DNA of 46,452 nucleotides from a virus, in the IMG/VR virus record IMGVR_UViG_3300049933_000058, positions 1 to 46,452 of that record, one strand, 5' to 3'. Shown one piece after another: positions 9,204-18,094 of the stretch; position 1 is the first letter of the stretch, and each line of letters starts with the position of its first letter. The position numbers and the translations under genes were made by a program. The notes under the pieces are model-generated. The model had not been told where the DNA came from and searched no databases. It saw only the letters and a list, made by a program, of their open reading frames with translations.

Positions 9204-9512
9204 TTACTGATGCAGTCGAGCGTAGCTAGGGAAGGAGTTAAACAGCGAGGTAGCGAATAAGTTACCTAAACGGTACTCTCCTTCGGTTTGGACGTGGGTC
9301 ACTACAGCCGCTTGTAGGGTCAAGAACAACGCCTCAGGAACGCCCACATAAAGGTAGGTAGCCCCGCCATGGAACTCTACTAACACTGCGTTGATAACAG
9401 GGAAGGAAGGGAGTTGAATAGAGCCAAACTCGACACGAGTAAAGGCTGATGACCGGACAACATAGTAGTTAGAAGCATTGTAGTTGTTGTTGATGTCTTG
9501 TGCGTTAGCCAT
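9204..9512 (-). CDS. KTSC-domain-like protein
   Basis: LVEFHGGATYLYVGVPEALFLTLQAA resembles the KTSC pattern (F..G..Y.Y..VP......L). ATG 9512 is preferred over the TTG at 9536. Confidence 0.45.
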   Translation of the reverse strand: MANAQDINNNYNASNYYVVRSSAFTRVEFGSIQLPSFPVINAVLVEFHGGATYLYVGVPEALFLTLQAAVVTHVQTEGEYRLGNLFATSLFNSFPSYARLHQ

Positions 9513-9657
9513 TTGTCTGTGTTCCTTTTCTTTCAATACATCTATTATTCACCCTTTCTCAAACTATTGCATGAGTATTTATACCTAGTTAACCAACAAA
9601 GTGTCACAGTGACAGTTATACTACTCAGTCCCTGTATAACTATATGAGTAACAAGTG

Positions 9658-10338
9658 ATGGATATTCTGGATACCCTGTTACAGGCTAAAGAAGCATACC
9701 GCAACACTAGAGACCTCGTGGGGAAGGTCACTGGCATCAGTATTGCCCCGGTTTATCAGGTGTTCCCTGACGATACGGTGACAGTATTGCTGCCTGAGTC
9801 AGGAGGTCGTAGCGCTTCACCTAAGCTCTATAGAGCGCTACCCGGTAGAGGGTTAACTTACCCTGCGATGTCTCCAGGTGACACTGTGGCTTATGGCTTT
9901 ATTGAGGGTAATGCCAACAAGGGTATTTACTGGGGTATCCTCCACAACGCCCTCAACCCCTCTGCCGACCTCGCTAACTACTCCTACCAACTCGGTAACA
10001 CCAACTCGGTTATCACAAATACCTCAGTATCACACTATGTGGCAGATATTGAAGACCCGTCCAAACCTAGTGGTATTGTTATAACAGAAGAGGGTGTGAA
10101 GGTTGAAAAGAAAGGTACCGTTGGGGCGTCCCTAACGGTGCTAGATGGTGTTATAACAATACAATGTGGCACTACAACCTTTGTGTTTAGTCAAGGGGGT
10201 CTGTCAGTAACAACATCAGGTAGCGGTGGTAGCTTTGCCCTCAGTGGTGTTGAGTCTGCTAGTATTAACGGCTCTCAAATAGCTACCCTGGGGGCTATCG
10301 ATACCGATGGAGACAACCTAGTCGATAAAGGTTGGTAA
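9658..10338 (+). CDS. Baseplate central spike, gpV-like
   Basis: PGDTVAYGFIEGNANKGIYWGIL fits the gpV OB-fold motif. It is followed by gpW- and gpJ-like genes. Confidence 0.65.
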   Translation: MDILDTLLQAKEAYRNTRDLVGKVTGISIAPVYQVFPDDTVTVLLPESGGRSASPKLYRALPGRGLTYPAMSPGDTVAYGFIEGNANKGIYWGILHNALNPSADLANYSYQLGNTNSVITNTSVSHYVADIEDPSKPSGIVITEEGVKVEKKGTVGASLTVLDGVITIQCGTTTFVFSQGGLSVTTSGSGGSFALSGVESASINGSQIATLGAIDTDGDNLVDKGW

Positions 10339-10501
10339 CCTGCAAGCTAATGCCCAGACCACTGTTATACCATGGTGTTCACTGTGTATTTCCAATGGGT
10401 ATTTATCCCCCACCGGCGCAAAACATAGAGGGTAGATACACCAACACCCTAGCCAACCCTTCTCATCATACGAGTTACACACAACTATTATCTCTTCCAT
10501 T

Positions 10502-10840
10502 ATGGCTACCCCACTATATCCTTTATCAATAAGAAATGGTGATATTGTTATCACAGAAGACCCTGTGAGCATTGCCAAGGATGCTATTGAGTCTTGTATC
10601 AGGACTAAGGTCGATGAGCGAGTGATGAACCCGGACTATGGTAGAACAATAGAGCCATTCACTGCTATAGGTGACTATGGCTCTATCGCCCGGTCTTTAA
10701 GACGCTCGGTTGAATATGGCACAAATGGTTACAGCATGGCTTCCCTCTCCTTCCTAGTCTACCCTAGAGACAACATAACCGCGGCTGACATTGGCTTTAC
10801 TGTGGAAGATACACCCCAAACGCTCACAACTGAGGTCTAA
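10502..10840 (+). CDS. Baseplate wedge protein, gpW/gp25-like
   Basis: IAKDAIESCIRTKVDERVMNPDYGRTIEPF fits the GPW/gp25 family pattern. Confidence 0.7.
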   Translation: MATPLYPLSIRNGDIVITEDPVSIAKDAIESCIRTKVDERVMNPDYGRTIEPFTAIGDYGSIARSLRRSVEYGTNGYSMASLSFLVYPRDNITAADIGFTVEDTPQTLTTEV

Positions 10841-11079
10841 ATGTATTGGTCAGAAGGGGCACCCTCGGCTAAGTCGCAGGACGCTTTCCTAACCATTGTA
10901 TCAGCATCAGGCGTACCATAACCGGGGTAGCTAGGGGAACGATAGTAAGCGATGTTTTTCACCGCCATATTGTGTTTATCCCGTTCTGCTTGGGTGAAAG
11001 TACGCTTAGGTCTTACATCCTCCGGTTCTGGGACACTGCTACCCAACGGCGCACCGTTTCTACCTAGACCTCTTGTCAT
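10837..11079 (-). CDS. Hypothetical protein inserted in reverse orientation between gpW and gpJ
   Basis: The internal ATG at 11079 (MTRGLGRNG...) follows AAGGAG. The ORF track gives 10837..11181. Confidence 0.5.
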   Translation of the reverse strand: MTRGLGRNGAPLGSSVPEPEDVRPKRTFTQAERDKHNMAVKNIAYYRSPSYPGYGTPDADTMVRKASCDLAEGAPSDQYI

Positions 11080-11202
11080 AATATCACACTCCTTATAAAC
11101 AACACGGAGAGGCGTTAACCTGCATCCTAAAACTATTATAACACCCTTCTCTAATAGTTGCCATATCCCCATATAACACACTCACACTTTTTGTTAACAC
11201 TT

Positions 11203-12375
11203 ATGTCCCAGATACCCAGAGTTACCCTTGACCCTGCCAATGATGAAGAGCTACTACAAGAGTGTTACCTTAGATGTTACAACGCCTCTGATGGTCGCAT
11301 CAACGACTTCAGAGACAGTAGTGTAGTCACGGCGCTCTATGAAGGGTTTGTCCATGCTCAAGCTAACCTCTTATGGTACCTAAACCAACTACCAGAAGCG
11401 GTCGCCTTCGAGGTGATGCGGTACTCTACCCAGGTGGAGCGCTCTGATGGCACCCCTGCCAAGGGTGTCCTATTCTTCCAACTGGAGTCCCCACAGGCTA
11501 CAACCTTCCTCATAGACACTTCCTACACCATACCCTACCAGGATACATACTTTACCCTGGATGCGCCCCTGGTTATCCCAGCCGGAGCCTATGAGGCTAG
11601 CGGTGCTGTTACCTGTGCTAGAGTCGGTACCAAATATAACTCAGCACCCTTTGGTATTGTGATAACACAAACGGGTATAACCAACCTAGCCACTATCTAC
11701 AACCTAGAGCCGATATCCGGTGGCAGTGACCTGGAACCTCTGGAAACCACCCTAGGACGGATGCAGAGGGTCATTAGACAACGTTCTACCTTAGTATCTG
11801 CCAAACAGTATGAGGATAGGGCTGTGGAGCTTTTGGGAGGGGGTAGAGCGCTAGCAGTGCCACTCCTAAGCTCTAACAGGCTAGATACTGCTACCGGGCA
11901 GGTTCACATGTTCTTATTGGGTAACGATGGTAAAGCCCCTAACACTGCTACCCTGTCTGATATCAGCTCTACCCTTACTTCTGAAGGCTTCGTTGCGGCC
12001 TATTGCTGGGCTTCCCCAGTAGAGTTTACTGACCTTAACACTGAGTTTGTTATAACAGTGTCAGCAGTGTCACAAGAGTTAGCAACCTTGTTGTATCAAG
12101 CTTTACAAGAGCTTTACAGTCCTTTACTGTATCCGTTTGGTAAGGGGGTGTCAGTACAGGACGCCATATACAAGTTAAGGTTGGCTGATGATAGAGTCAC
12201 CCAAGTATTTAGTGCCCTTATCAATGGTAACTCCCTCGACATTGCCCTGCCATACCGTTGGTCGCTACCCTTCCTCCGTAGTGTTGTGATAACACTGGTA
12301 GATGGTGTTAACTCAGTGTCTTATACCTTTGGTAGTAATGAGGGCTTAGTAGAAGGAACGGGCTTAGATGAGTAA
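11203..12375 (+). CDS. Baseplate protein, gpJ-like
   Basis: About 390 aa downstream of gpW. ATG 11203 (MSQIPRVTLDP...) is preferred. Called from size and synteny. Confidence 0.6.
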   Translation: MSQIPRVTLDPANDEELLQECYLRCYNASDGRINDFRDSSVVTALYEGFVHAQANLLWYLNQLPEAVAFEVMRYSTQVERSDGTPAKGVLFFQLESPQATTFLIDTSYTIPYQDTYFTLDAPLVIPAGAYEASGAVTCARVGTKYNSAPFGIVITQTGITNLATIYNLEPISGGSDLEPLETTLGRMQRVIRQRSTLVSAKQYEDRAVELLGGGRALAVPLLSSNRLDTATGQVHMFLLGNDGKAPNTATLSDISSTLTSEGFVAAYCWASPVEFTDLNTEFVITVSAVSQELATLLYQALQELYSPLLYPFGKGVSVQDAIYKLRLADDRVTQVFSALINGNSLDIALPYRWSLPFLRSVVITLVDGVNSVSYTFGSNEGLVEGTGLDE

Positions 12376-12385
12376 ACAACTCGTG

Positions 12386-13129
12386 TTAGAACTCTCTATC
12401 CTCATCATCGTATTCCTGGGACTCGTCTTCTTCACTGGCTGGGTGAGTCATGCGATACTCTATCAACTCCCACTTACCTAGCGGAGATAAACCTAGGATA
12501 TCCGCCTCAGCCTCACCACAAGGCTCATATTGGATATAGGGTCTAAACGCGTTCATTAGCTCTTGTAGCGTTGCTTTAAGCTGTCCATCAAAAGCTTTCA
12601 GATATGTCCTAGACTTCCGTAGGTACTTAACCCACACCGTGTCAGCTTCCGCCGAAGCTCTTTCCACATCCTGCCCCAAACCGTCTATACCTATCGCCAT
12701 GAACTTATGGAAGACGTTATCCGCCCTCTGTATGGTCGCCTTAAGGGTGTTAGGGTGTTCACGGGTGTATATAACCTCGTTAATGTTACCACCCGCCATA
12801 CGGCAAGGCAGCACCCCCTCAGAGTCTCTTACTGTGGCAGCTTTCCCCCAATGCACAAGGGTGTTAGTGAACCGTTTAGCAGCACCCAACCACAGCCTGT
12901 GAAGGTGTCTAAATATGGTATACTCCCGCTTTGACAGCGCTGCTAGGTCACAACCAACCTCCCCTAGGAAGTCCTCTAACTCACTACACAGTGTGTCATA
13001 GTCCTTATGCCTCAACGCCTTCAACCCATCCCGCACAGCCTTTGACAGCCGACTGAATGGCACTAAGGAACGCTCCGGGAACTGTTGCGGCAAGTCTGGG
13101 TATATTTTATGAAGTAGTGTATTAACCAT
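12386..13129 (-). CDS. Hypothetical protein with acidic C-terminus
   Basis: 247-aa ORF. It lies directly downstream of the tRNA-like end of candidate ncRNA C. Confidence 0.6.
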   Translation of the reverse strand: MVNTLLHKIYPDLPQQFPERSLVPFSRLSKAVRDGLKALRHKDYDTLCSELEDFLGEVGCDLAALSKREYTIFRHLHRLWLGAAKRFTNTLVHWGKAATVRDSEGVLPCRMAGGNINEVIYTREHPNTLKATIQRADNVFHKFMAIGIDGLGQDVERASAEADTVWVKYLRKSRTYLKAFDGQLKATLQELMNAFRPYIQYEPCGEAEADILGLSPLGKWELIEYRMTHPASEEDESQEYDDEDREF

Positions 13130-13152
13130 CGTTGTAGTATTGTGATAACAAG

Positions 13153-13394
13153 AGCTAAACCAGGACTCGAACCCAGTAACCTCATTATAGCTTGGATAGG
13201 GCTATGGCAGAAGTTAGTCACCTGACTATAGCAAAGTTGACACTCCACTCTAAAGTTAGCCACACCACCCTGTAGCTTTCTCTGGAGTATGAGTTGCTTA
13301 GTTCACTCTCAACCGGTTAGGGTGGTACCTAGTATCCTGTGCTTTCAGCGTGTCTTGCCTGTCTTTCCAAGCTGTCAGTGCCATTCCTGAACAC
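13153..13394 (-). ncRNA. Candidate structured RNA C, ending in an acceptor/T-arm minihelix
   Basis: The minus-strand promoter AAGGTGTTATAAT (-10 at 13401-13406) matches loci A and B. The RNA 5' end AGAGTGTTCAGGAATG resembles B (GGAGTGGTCAGGAAAG). The 3' end is AGCTATA-ATGAGGTTA-CTGGG-TTCGAGT-CCTGG-TTTAGCT. Only one spurious-looking ORF overlaps. Confidence 0.45.
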
Positions 13395-13539
13395 TCTTTT
13401 ATTATAACACCTTTTAAAGGTGTTATGGTGACCTTTGGGTAGTTGCTTCAGACGTTCTCCATCCGGTCTCCTTTATTATAGCACTCCTTACAGTCTAGTG
13501 TGTTATAACAATATCACGAAACATAGTTTTAGAAAGGTA

Positions 13540-13568
13540 TTGACGAGTGTAGGGATGGTTGTTATAGT
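13540..13568 (+). promoter_or_regulatory. Sigma70-type promoter
   Basis: TTGACG, a 17-nt spacer, then TGtTATAGT, upstream of ATG 13603. Confidence 0.65.
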
Positions 13569-13602
13569 AGGTATAACGAGAGAAAGAAAAGGACTAAACC
13601 AG

Positions 13603-13782
13603 ATGGATAACAACTACGAGAACGAGTATAACCAAGGTTATGAGTTAGGTTATGAGGAGGGCTACCAAGCGGAGGACTTATCTACTGAGGTTCCTGACCA
13701 GTCTGGATGGTCTGTAGGACAGTGTCAAGCGTTCAACCAAGGGCGTGAGGACGGTGAAGCTCAAGGTGCTTCCGACTGTTAA
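13603..13782 (+). CDS. Small acidic Y/E/N-rich protein (59 aa)
   Basis: The internal ATG at 13603 lies downstream of the promoter, and a strong terminator follows the gene. Confidence 0.5.
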   Translation: MDNNYENEYNQGYELGYEEGYQAEDLSTEVPDQSGWSVGQCQAFNQGREDGEAQGASDC

Positions 13783-13804
13783 AGGAGTGTCATAACAAAG
13801 TATT

Positions 13805-13831
13805 AAGCCCTCTGTAACAAGAGGGCTTTTT
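13805..13831 (+). terminator. Intrinsic terminator
   Basis: AAGCCCTCT-GTAACA-AGAGGGCTT followed by TTTTT. Confidence 0.8.
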
Positions 13832-13864
13832 AGTGCCGTGACACGGTGTAGCATTGTTATAACA

Positions 13865-13996
13865 CTAGTGCCAGACACAGACACCGTTTTTATGAGGGGC
13901 GACCCTTTTACAAACAGGACAGTGTTGGCGAGTCATCTCTGGTTCTTGGGGTTTGGTGACGTTGTCTACAAACCCTTGGTTCTTAGGTCTAGGCAT
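13865..13996 (-). CDS. Possible 43-aa Cys-rich (zinc-ribbon-like) peptide
   Basis: MPRPKNQGFVDNVTKPQEPEMTRQHCPVCKRVAPHKNGVCVWH. The ATG at 13996 lies just downstream of a GATATC-(TG)n element. Confidence 0.35.
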   Translation of the reverse strand: MPRPKNQGFVDNVTKPQEPEMTRQHCPVCKRVAPHKNGVCVWH

Positions 13997-14013
13997 AACG
14001 TTAAGGCATAGTC

Positions 14014-14113
14014 TACACAGTGAGATAGTAGTAACCACACACACACACACAAAGATATCTCTTGTGGAGAGTAGGTAGCACTGCTCACAACTTAGATATC
14101 TAATAGTGTGTGG
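14014..14113. promoter_or_regulatory. Second divergent pair of (CA)n-GATATC / GATATC-(TG)n elements
   Basis: GATATC sites at 14054-14059 and 14095-14100, 41 bp apart. The left arm TACACAGTGAGATAGTAGTAACCACACACACACACACAAAGATATC is nearly identical to 35221-35258. Confidence 0.55.
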
Positions 14114-14131
14114 GGTGGATGAGTCCCCAAA

Positions 14132-14159
14132 GTAAAACCCCACCGTTTCCAGTGGGGTT
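14132..14159 (-). terminator. Intrinsic terminator after the PP-loop gene
   Basis: 8-bp stem AACCCCAC / GTGGGGTT. The minus strand reads through the stem into TTTTAC. Confidence 0.6.
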
Positions 14160-14186
14160 ACTCAGGTGTGGTATTGTTATAACACC

Positions 14187-15173
14187 CTACTCTAGTCTTT
14201 GGTGTTCAGAGTCTATCCAGGACAAGGGGTAAGTGGGAGGGTATGAGCCTTTGTCAAGCAGGGTATTAACTAGGTCTATTTCAGGTTGGCGGATAAAACC
14301 GTCTAAGAGCATTGCTGGGAAGTAAACACTCATTTCTTTCCAAACAGCCCTCCTAGCTTCGATATGGATAGCGCCTGGCATAGGGTCGCCGCTTTTTAAG
14401 AACCTTTTGGGTGCGTTTATTCTCACAGCCTCCCTTAGTTTCTCTATTAAACCTCGCACACCTAACGTATACTCTGGCACTATCCCCTTATCTACATTCT
14501 CCTGTATCCGTTTTGCAACTACTACCGGGCAATGGAAACACCCCATTCTTAGACTTCCTGTTTGTGACTCTGCTATCTCATACATATCCATTATGTTATC
14601 ACAACACCCTTGGTATAATATACCATCGATATACATTGTGATATAGTCCCATACATCACAGTTACCCCATTCGCTAATAGGTTCTAAGCCGTTGCTCAGG
14701 TCGGATAAGCCACACTCGCCGTCTCTACAGTCTTTAATACGCTTATCCCTTTTACTAGACTCTCCTAAGTGTACCCCCGTTAAAGCAATACCTGGTATTG
14801 CTTTCATAGGTCTTACTTTAAGGTTATTGGTACACCATCGGTTGCGGTAGGTAGGTACAGGGTAACCTAGCCCAAACTGAGTAACCCAGTAACTACGGGT
14901 GATATCCGGCTTGGTCTGTATAAACTCCACCTTACCTTTACAAGCCTCCTTAACACAGTCTATCAGGTGATATAGCTTATTCACCTCTAGCCCCGTATCT
15001 GAAAACACTACCTTTACATTTAGAGCCTCCCCCCTTAACTCACACCATTTTAGGTAAAGTGCCAATAGCACATGACTATCTTTCCCACCCGAAAAAGCCA
15101 ATAAGTATTCTTTATCCTTGGGTAGAGCATCTAACATGTTATAACTGCGCTCTATTTTTGCTTCTAAGTTCAT
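14187..15173 (-). CDS. PP-loop ATP pyrophosphatase of the PAPS reductase / DndC-like family
   Basis: LLAFSGGKDSHVLL (SGGKDS PP-loop), NRWCTNNLKVRPM (PAPS reductase/DndC-like), and Cys motifs CRDGEC and CFHC. Confidence 0.7.
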   Translation of the reverse strand: MNLEAKIERSYNMLDALPKDKEYLLAFSGGKDSHVLLALYLKWCELRGEALNVKVVFSDTGLEVNKLYHLIDCVKEACKGKVEFIQTKPDITRSYWVTQFGLGYPVPTYRNRWCTNNLKVRPMKAIPGIALTGVHLGESSKRDKRIKDCRDGECGLSDLSNGLEPISEWGNCDVWDYITMYIDGILYQGCCDNIMDMYEIAESQTGSLRMGCFHCPVVVAKRIQENVDKGIVPEYTLGVRGLIEKLREAVRINAPKRFLKSGDPMPGAIHIEARRAVWKEMSVYFPAMLLDGFIRQPEIDLVNTLLDKGSYPPTYPLSWIDSEHQRLE

Positions 15174-15207
15174 TACCACTGTCCCACTACAACATCCTTA
15201 TTATACC

Positions 15208-15768
15208 ATGAAACTATCTAGTTGGCGACCTCTTATTAAGACTTACTTTAACACACTTCTAAACCCGTCAGGGTGGTATGTGGACACCCCACCCAACTAC
15301 ATCGCCCGTTATGCTACCCTACCTCCTATGGGTAATGTCTCATTTGAGTTTAAACCTCCCTATGAGGTTGTTGCAACACTGTCACAAGAGCTTTATTACT
15401 TCGAGAGGGTGTCCACAGAGCAGTGGCATACGATACCCCTACAGTATTATGAGGGTTTGTATGGACAGGTGGCATATACACTGTTGACGGACTCCAAAGG
15501 GTTACACCCGGATATCCTCAGCCTTAGCTTCTCTGAGTTTGGTAGGCAGGAGGAGATACCAGTTGCCACAGAGATGCTAGCAGATGGTTGGTTAGTCTCC
15601 CTACGATGGTCATTCAAGGTCAAGGTGTTGTTAACCCCAGAAATAGAAGACTCGGCAGTGCCTATCACGAGCATCACTACCGAGCTTTGGACTAACCTAT
15701 TGAATGATAACAGTTTTACAGAACAGTACAGGGAGTTGGATACTGTTATCACAGAGTCCTTAGTATAA
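15208..15768 (+). CDS. Hypothetical protein, possibly tail completion or neck given its position before the sheath
   Basis: 186-aa ORF. No motif recognised. Confidence 0.55.
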   Translation: MKLSSWRPLIKTYFNTLLNPSGWYVDTPPNYIARYATLPPMGNVSFEFKPPYEVVATLSQELYYFERVSTEQWHTIPLQYYEGLYGQVAYTLLTDSKGLHPDILSLSFSEFGRQEEIPVATEMLADGWLVSLRWSFKVKVLLTPEIEDSAVPITSITTELWTNLLNDNSFTEQYRELDTVITESLV

Positions 15769-15839
15769 CTGAGTGCAAGTACCTCTACTTAGTATGGTGT
15801 GACCTTGACAATAGAGGTCAAGGGTATTGTTATCACAAG

Positions 15840-16061
15840 CTACCATACTCCTGTGACAATGTTCTCCAAGTTCGTTACAGGGTTTGTGATAACGACTTCA
15901 CTACCGCCTCTCGTTCTAGCCATGTAGTCTTTACCGTCTAAGGAATAAACATAGAAGCTTACTCCTTTATATACACCTGGATGGAGTGTATATGACTTTG
16001 TTGATATGGGTGTTAACCATTGTAACCCTGGTAGTTGACTGAGTATTTGGAGCGTATTCAT
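15840..16061 (-). CDS. Hypothetical protein (reverse-oriented insert)
   Basis: 73-aa ORF between two plus-strand structural genes. Confidence 0.4.
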   Translation of the reverse strand: MNTLQILSQLPGLQWLTPISTKSYTLHPGVYKGVSFYVYSLDGKDYMARTRGGSEVVITNPVTNLENIVTGVW

Positions 16062-16124
16062 CTGTTTGACCTCAAAGCAATAACTCTATTATACACTATC
16101 TCACTTTGTAGCGTCAATATTTAT

Positions 16125-17579
16125 ATGGTTTATTCTTTTAAGACACCCGGTGTTTACTACCGGGAGACTACCAGAGGGAACATCGCCACCGCCCTACAAG
16201 CCCACGACCGGGTTTATATGCTCGGTTACAGTGCCACGGGCGTTAAGGGTGTTCTAACAGAGGTTTTAAGCCCTCTTGACTTCTTCACCAAGTTTGGTGC
16301 CAGCAACTCTACCAATAGTGTGAAACTGTTCTTCGCACAACGTTGCAACAAGCCTTTATACTTTCTTAACACCCCTATCAGGTCTAGCTACACGGTGGAT
16401 ATCCCTACCGTAACAGCTACTAACACTTATAGTGTAACAGTGGGTGGGTTAGCACTAAGCTATGTTGCAACAGCCCAAGACACTGAAACCACAGTGTTAA
16501 CAGCGTTAGCAGACAAGGTTAACACATCATTGGCTACAGCGGCAGACATGGTGGTAGCAGGTGTGAGTGCAGTGCTGAGGGTTAACCAAGGTACTGCGGT
16601 CACTTCAGGGAGTGGTGTCACTTTGGGTGTGGTGTCTACACCCACCTATCCTACGGCTATGGATGTCATTCGGTCATTGGATGTCATGCCTAAGCGGTTA
16701 GATACAGGCTTCTTGTTAGCGCCTGAGTACTTCCAGACATTCACCAGTCAAACCGACCGGACAAACCTAGCCAATGAAATGATAGCCTTCTGCTCTGACC
16801 CACGTAGACTCTGGGTAGCACTTATTGACCCAGGTGCAGCAGTGGCTGAAGGTACTGTGGGTGATGTTATCACAGAGAAGGGTTTACTCCAAGACCCCCG
16901 AGGACATGGTGCCCTGTACTATCCTTATTGGGTGGATATTGCAGGTAATAAGGTACCCCAAAGCGCAGCGGTGGCGGGTGTTGCACTCCGGAGACAGAAC
17001 CAAGAGGGCTTTATCCAACCCCCGGCTGGTGTTGAATACCCTGTATATGGTGTTAACACCCTCACTGTCGATGTTAATGACCTGATGCAAGACATTTTAA
17101 ACCCTCAGGACATTAACTGTGCCAGAGTGTTTTTAGGTGACTTTGGACGTGTCATTTATGGTGCTAGGACACTGTCACCCAACCCCTATGTTCAGTATGT
17201 CAGCCAGAGGGTTGTATGTAACGTTCTGGGTAGAACGCTATCCGATGCGCTCAGAACCCTTGTATTGAGTACTGTGGATGGTAACGGCCTGCTCTTTAAC
17301 CGGGTCTACCTGACTGCTGTAGGGGTGTGTGAACGGCTGAGACTAGCCGGAGGGTTATATGGTGCCACAGCGGCTGATGCTTACCTTGTTGTTTGTGATA
17401 ACACCAATAACTTACCGGATGACCTACAGAATGGCATTGTGAGGTGTTTAGCGGCAGTTAAACTCAGCCCGGTGTTAGAGTTCCTAGATGTTAACGTTGT
17501 CACAACGTCCCTAGGAGAGGTGTTCACAGAAGTAGCCGTGAAGGACACGGAGGCTGATACTGAAGGTACAGAAGAATAA
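16125..17579 (+). CDS. Tail sheath protein
   Basis: The N-terminus MVYSFKTPGVYYRETT is typical of sheath proteins. It is about 484 aa and is followed by the tube gene. ATG 16125 is preferred over 16035. Confidence 0.8.
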   Translation: MVYSFKTPGVYYRETTRGNIATALQAHDRVYMLGYSATGVKGVLTEVLSPLDFFTKFGASNSTNSVKLFFAQRCNKPLYFLNTPIRSSYTVDIPTVTATNTYSVTVGGLALSYVATAQDTETTVLTALADKVNTSLATAADMVVAGVSAVLRVNQGTAVTSGSGVTLGVVSTPTYPTAMDVIRSLDVMPKRLDTGFLLAPEYFQTFTSQTDRTNLANEMIAFCSDPRRLWVALIDPGAAVAEGTVGDVITEKGLLQDPRGHGALYYPYWVDIAGNKVPQSAAVAGVALRRQNQEGFIQPPAGVEYPVYGVNTLTVDVNDLMQDILNPQDINCARVFLGDFGRVIYGARTLSPNPYVQYVSQRVVCNVLGRTLSDALRTLVLSTVDGNGLLFNRVYLTAVGVCERLRLAGGLYGATAADAYLVVCDNTNNLPDDLQNGIVRCLAAVKLSPVLEFLDVNVVTTSLGEVFTEVAVKDTEADTEGTEE

Positions 17580-17616
17580 TGAGTGTTATAACAATGTCAC
17601 AGGAGCGTAAAGACGT

Positions 17617-18060
17617 ATGCCAAACCTAAAACCACTGACTAAACAACGCTGGGTTATCACCGTTAACGGTGGTGCTACTAGCCTTGTGTTTGATAAACTG
17701 ACCGGAGCCGGTGCCGAGTGGAGTCAAACCGACTTCAACGACGGGGTGACAGGGCAAACCAAGGTTGCTCTAGGCTTCCTTAAGAACGCCAACGTCACGC
17801 TCTCAAAGACTGCTGACGAAGAGACCGACACTGCTCTCAGAGACTGGCTTAAGACCCAGTTAAGCAATGGTAACACCCCTTTCGATATGTCTTATCAAGC
17901 GGTGAGCGTCAATAAAGCAGGAGACCCGGTAGCTAGCTATGCACCTATTACCTGTACACAATGTACTATAGCCAGGGTGAAATACCCAGAGGTAGAGCGG
18001 ACATCCTCAGACCTCGCTATGTGGGAAGTAGAAGTCGTCGTTAACGGCGACATCATCTAA
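17617..18060 (+). CDS. Tail tube protein
   Basis: 147 aa, immediately after the sheath gene. Confidence 0.65.
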   Translation: MPNLKPLTKQRWVITVNGGATSLVFDKLTGAGAEWSQTDFNDGVTGQTKVALGFLKNANVTLSKTADEETDTALRDWLKTQLSNGNTPFDMSYQAVSVNKAGDPVASYAPITCTQCTIARVKYPEVERTSSDLAMWEVEVVVNGDII

Positions 18061-18094
18061 CCTGTTATCACAATACTATAGAAGGACTAGAGCA

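Noticed and set aside
10339-10501. ORFs 10332..10532 (+) and 10318..10578 (-) in the gap between gpV and gpW.
   Set aside because: They overlap each other and the flanking baseplate genes, and they lack start-site signals. The 160-nt gap is more likely non-coding.
13153-13192. A tRNA 3' fragment acting as a phage attP core.
   Set aside because: No integrase or recombinase gene was recognised anywhere in the genome. The element also follows the same promoter/RNA plan as loci A and B.
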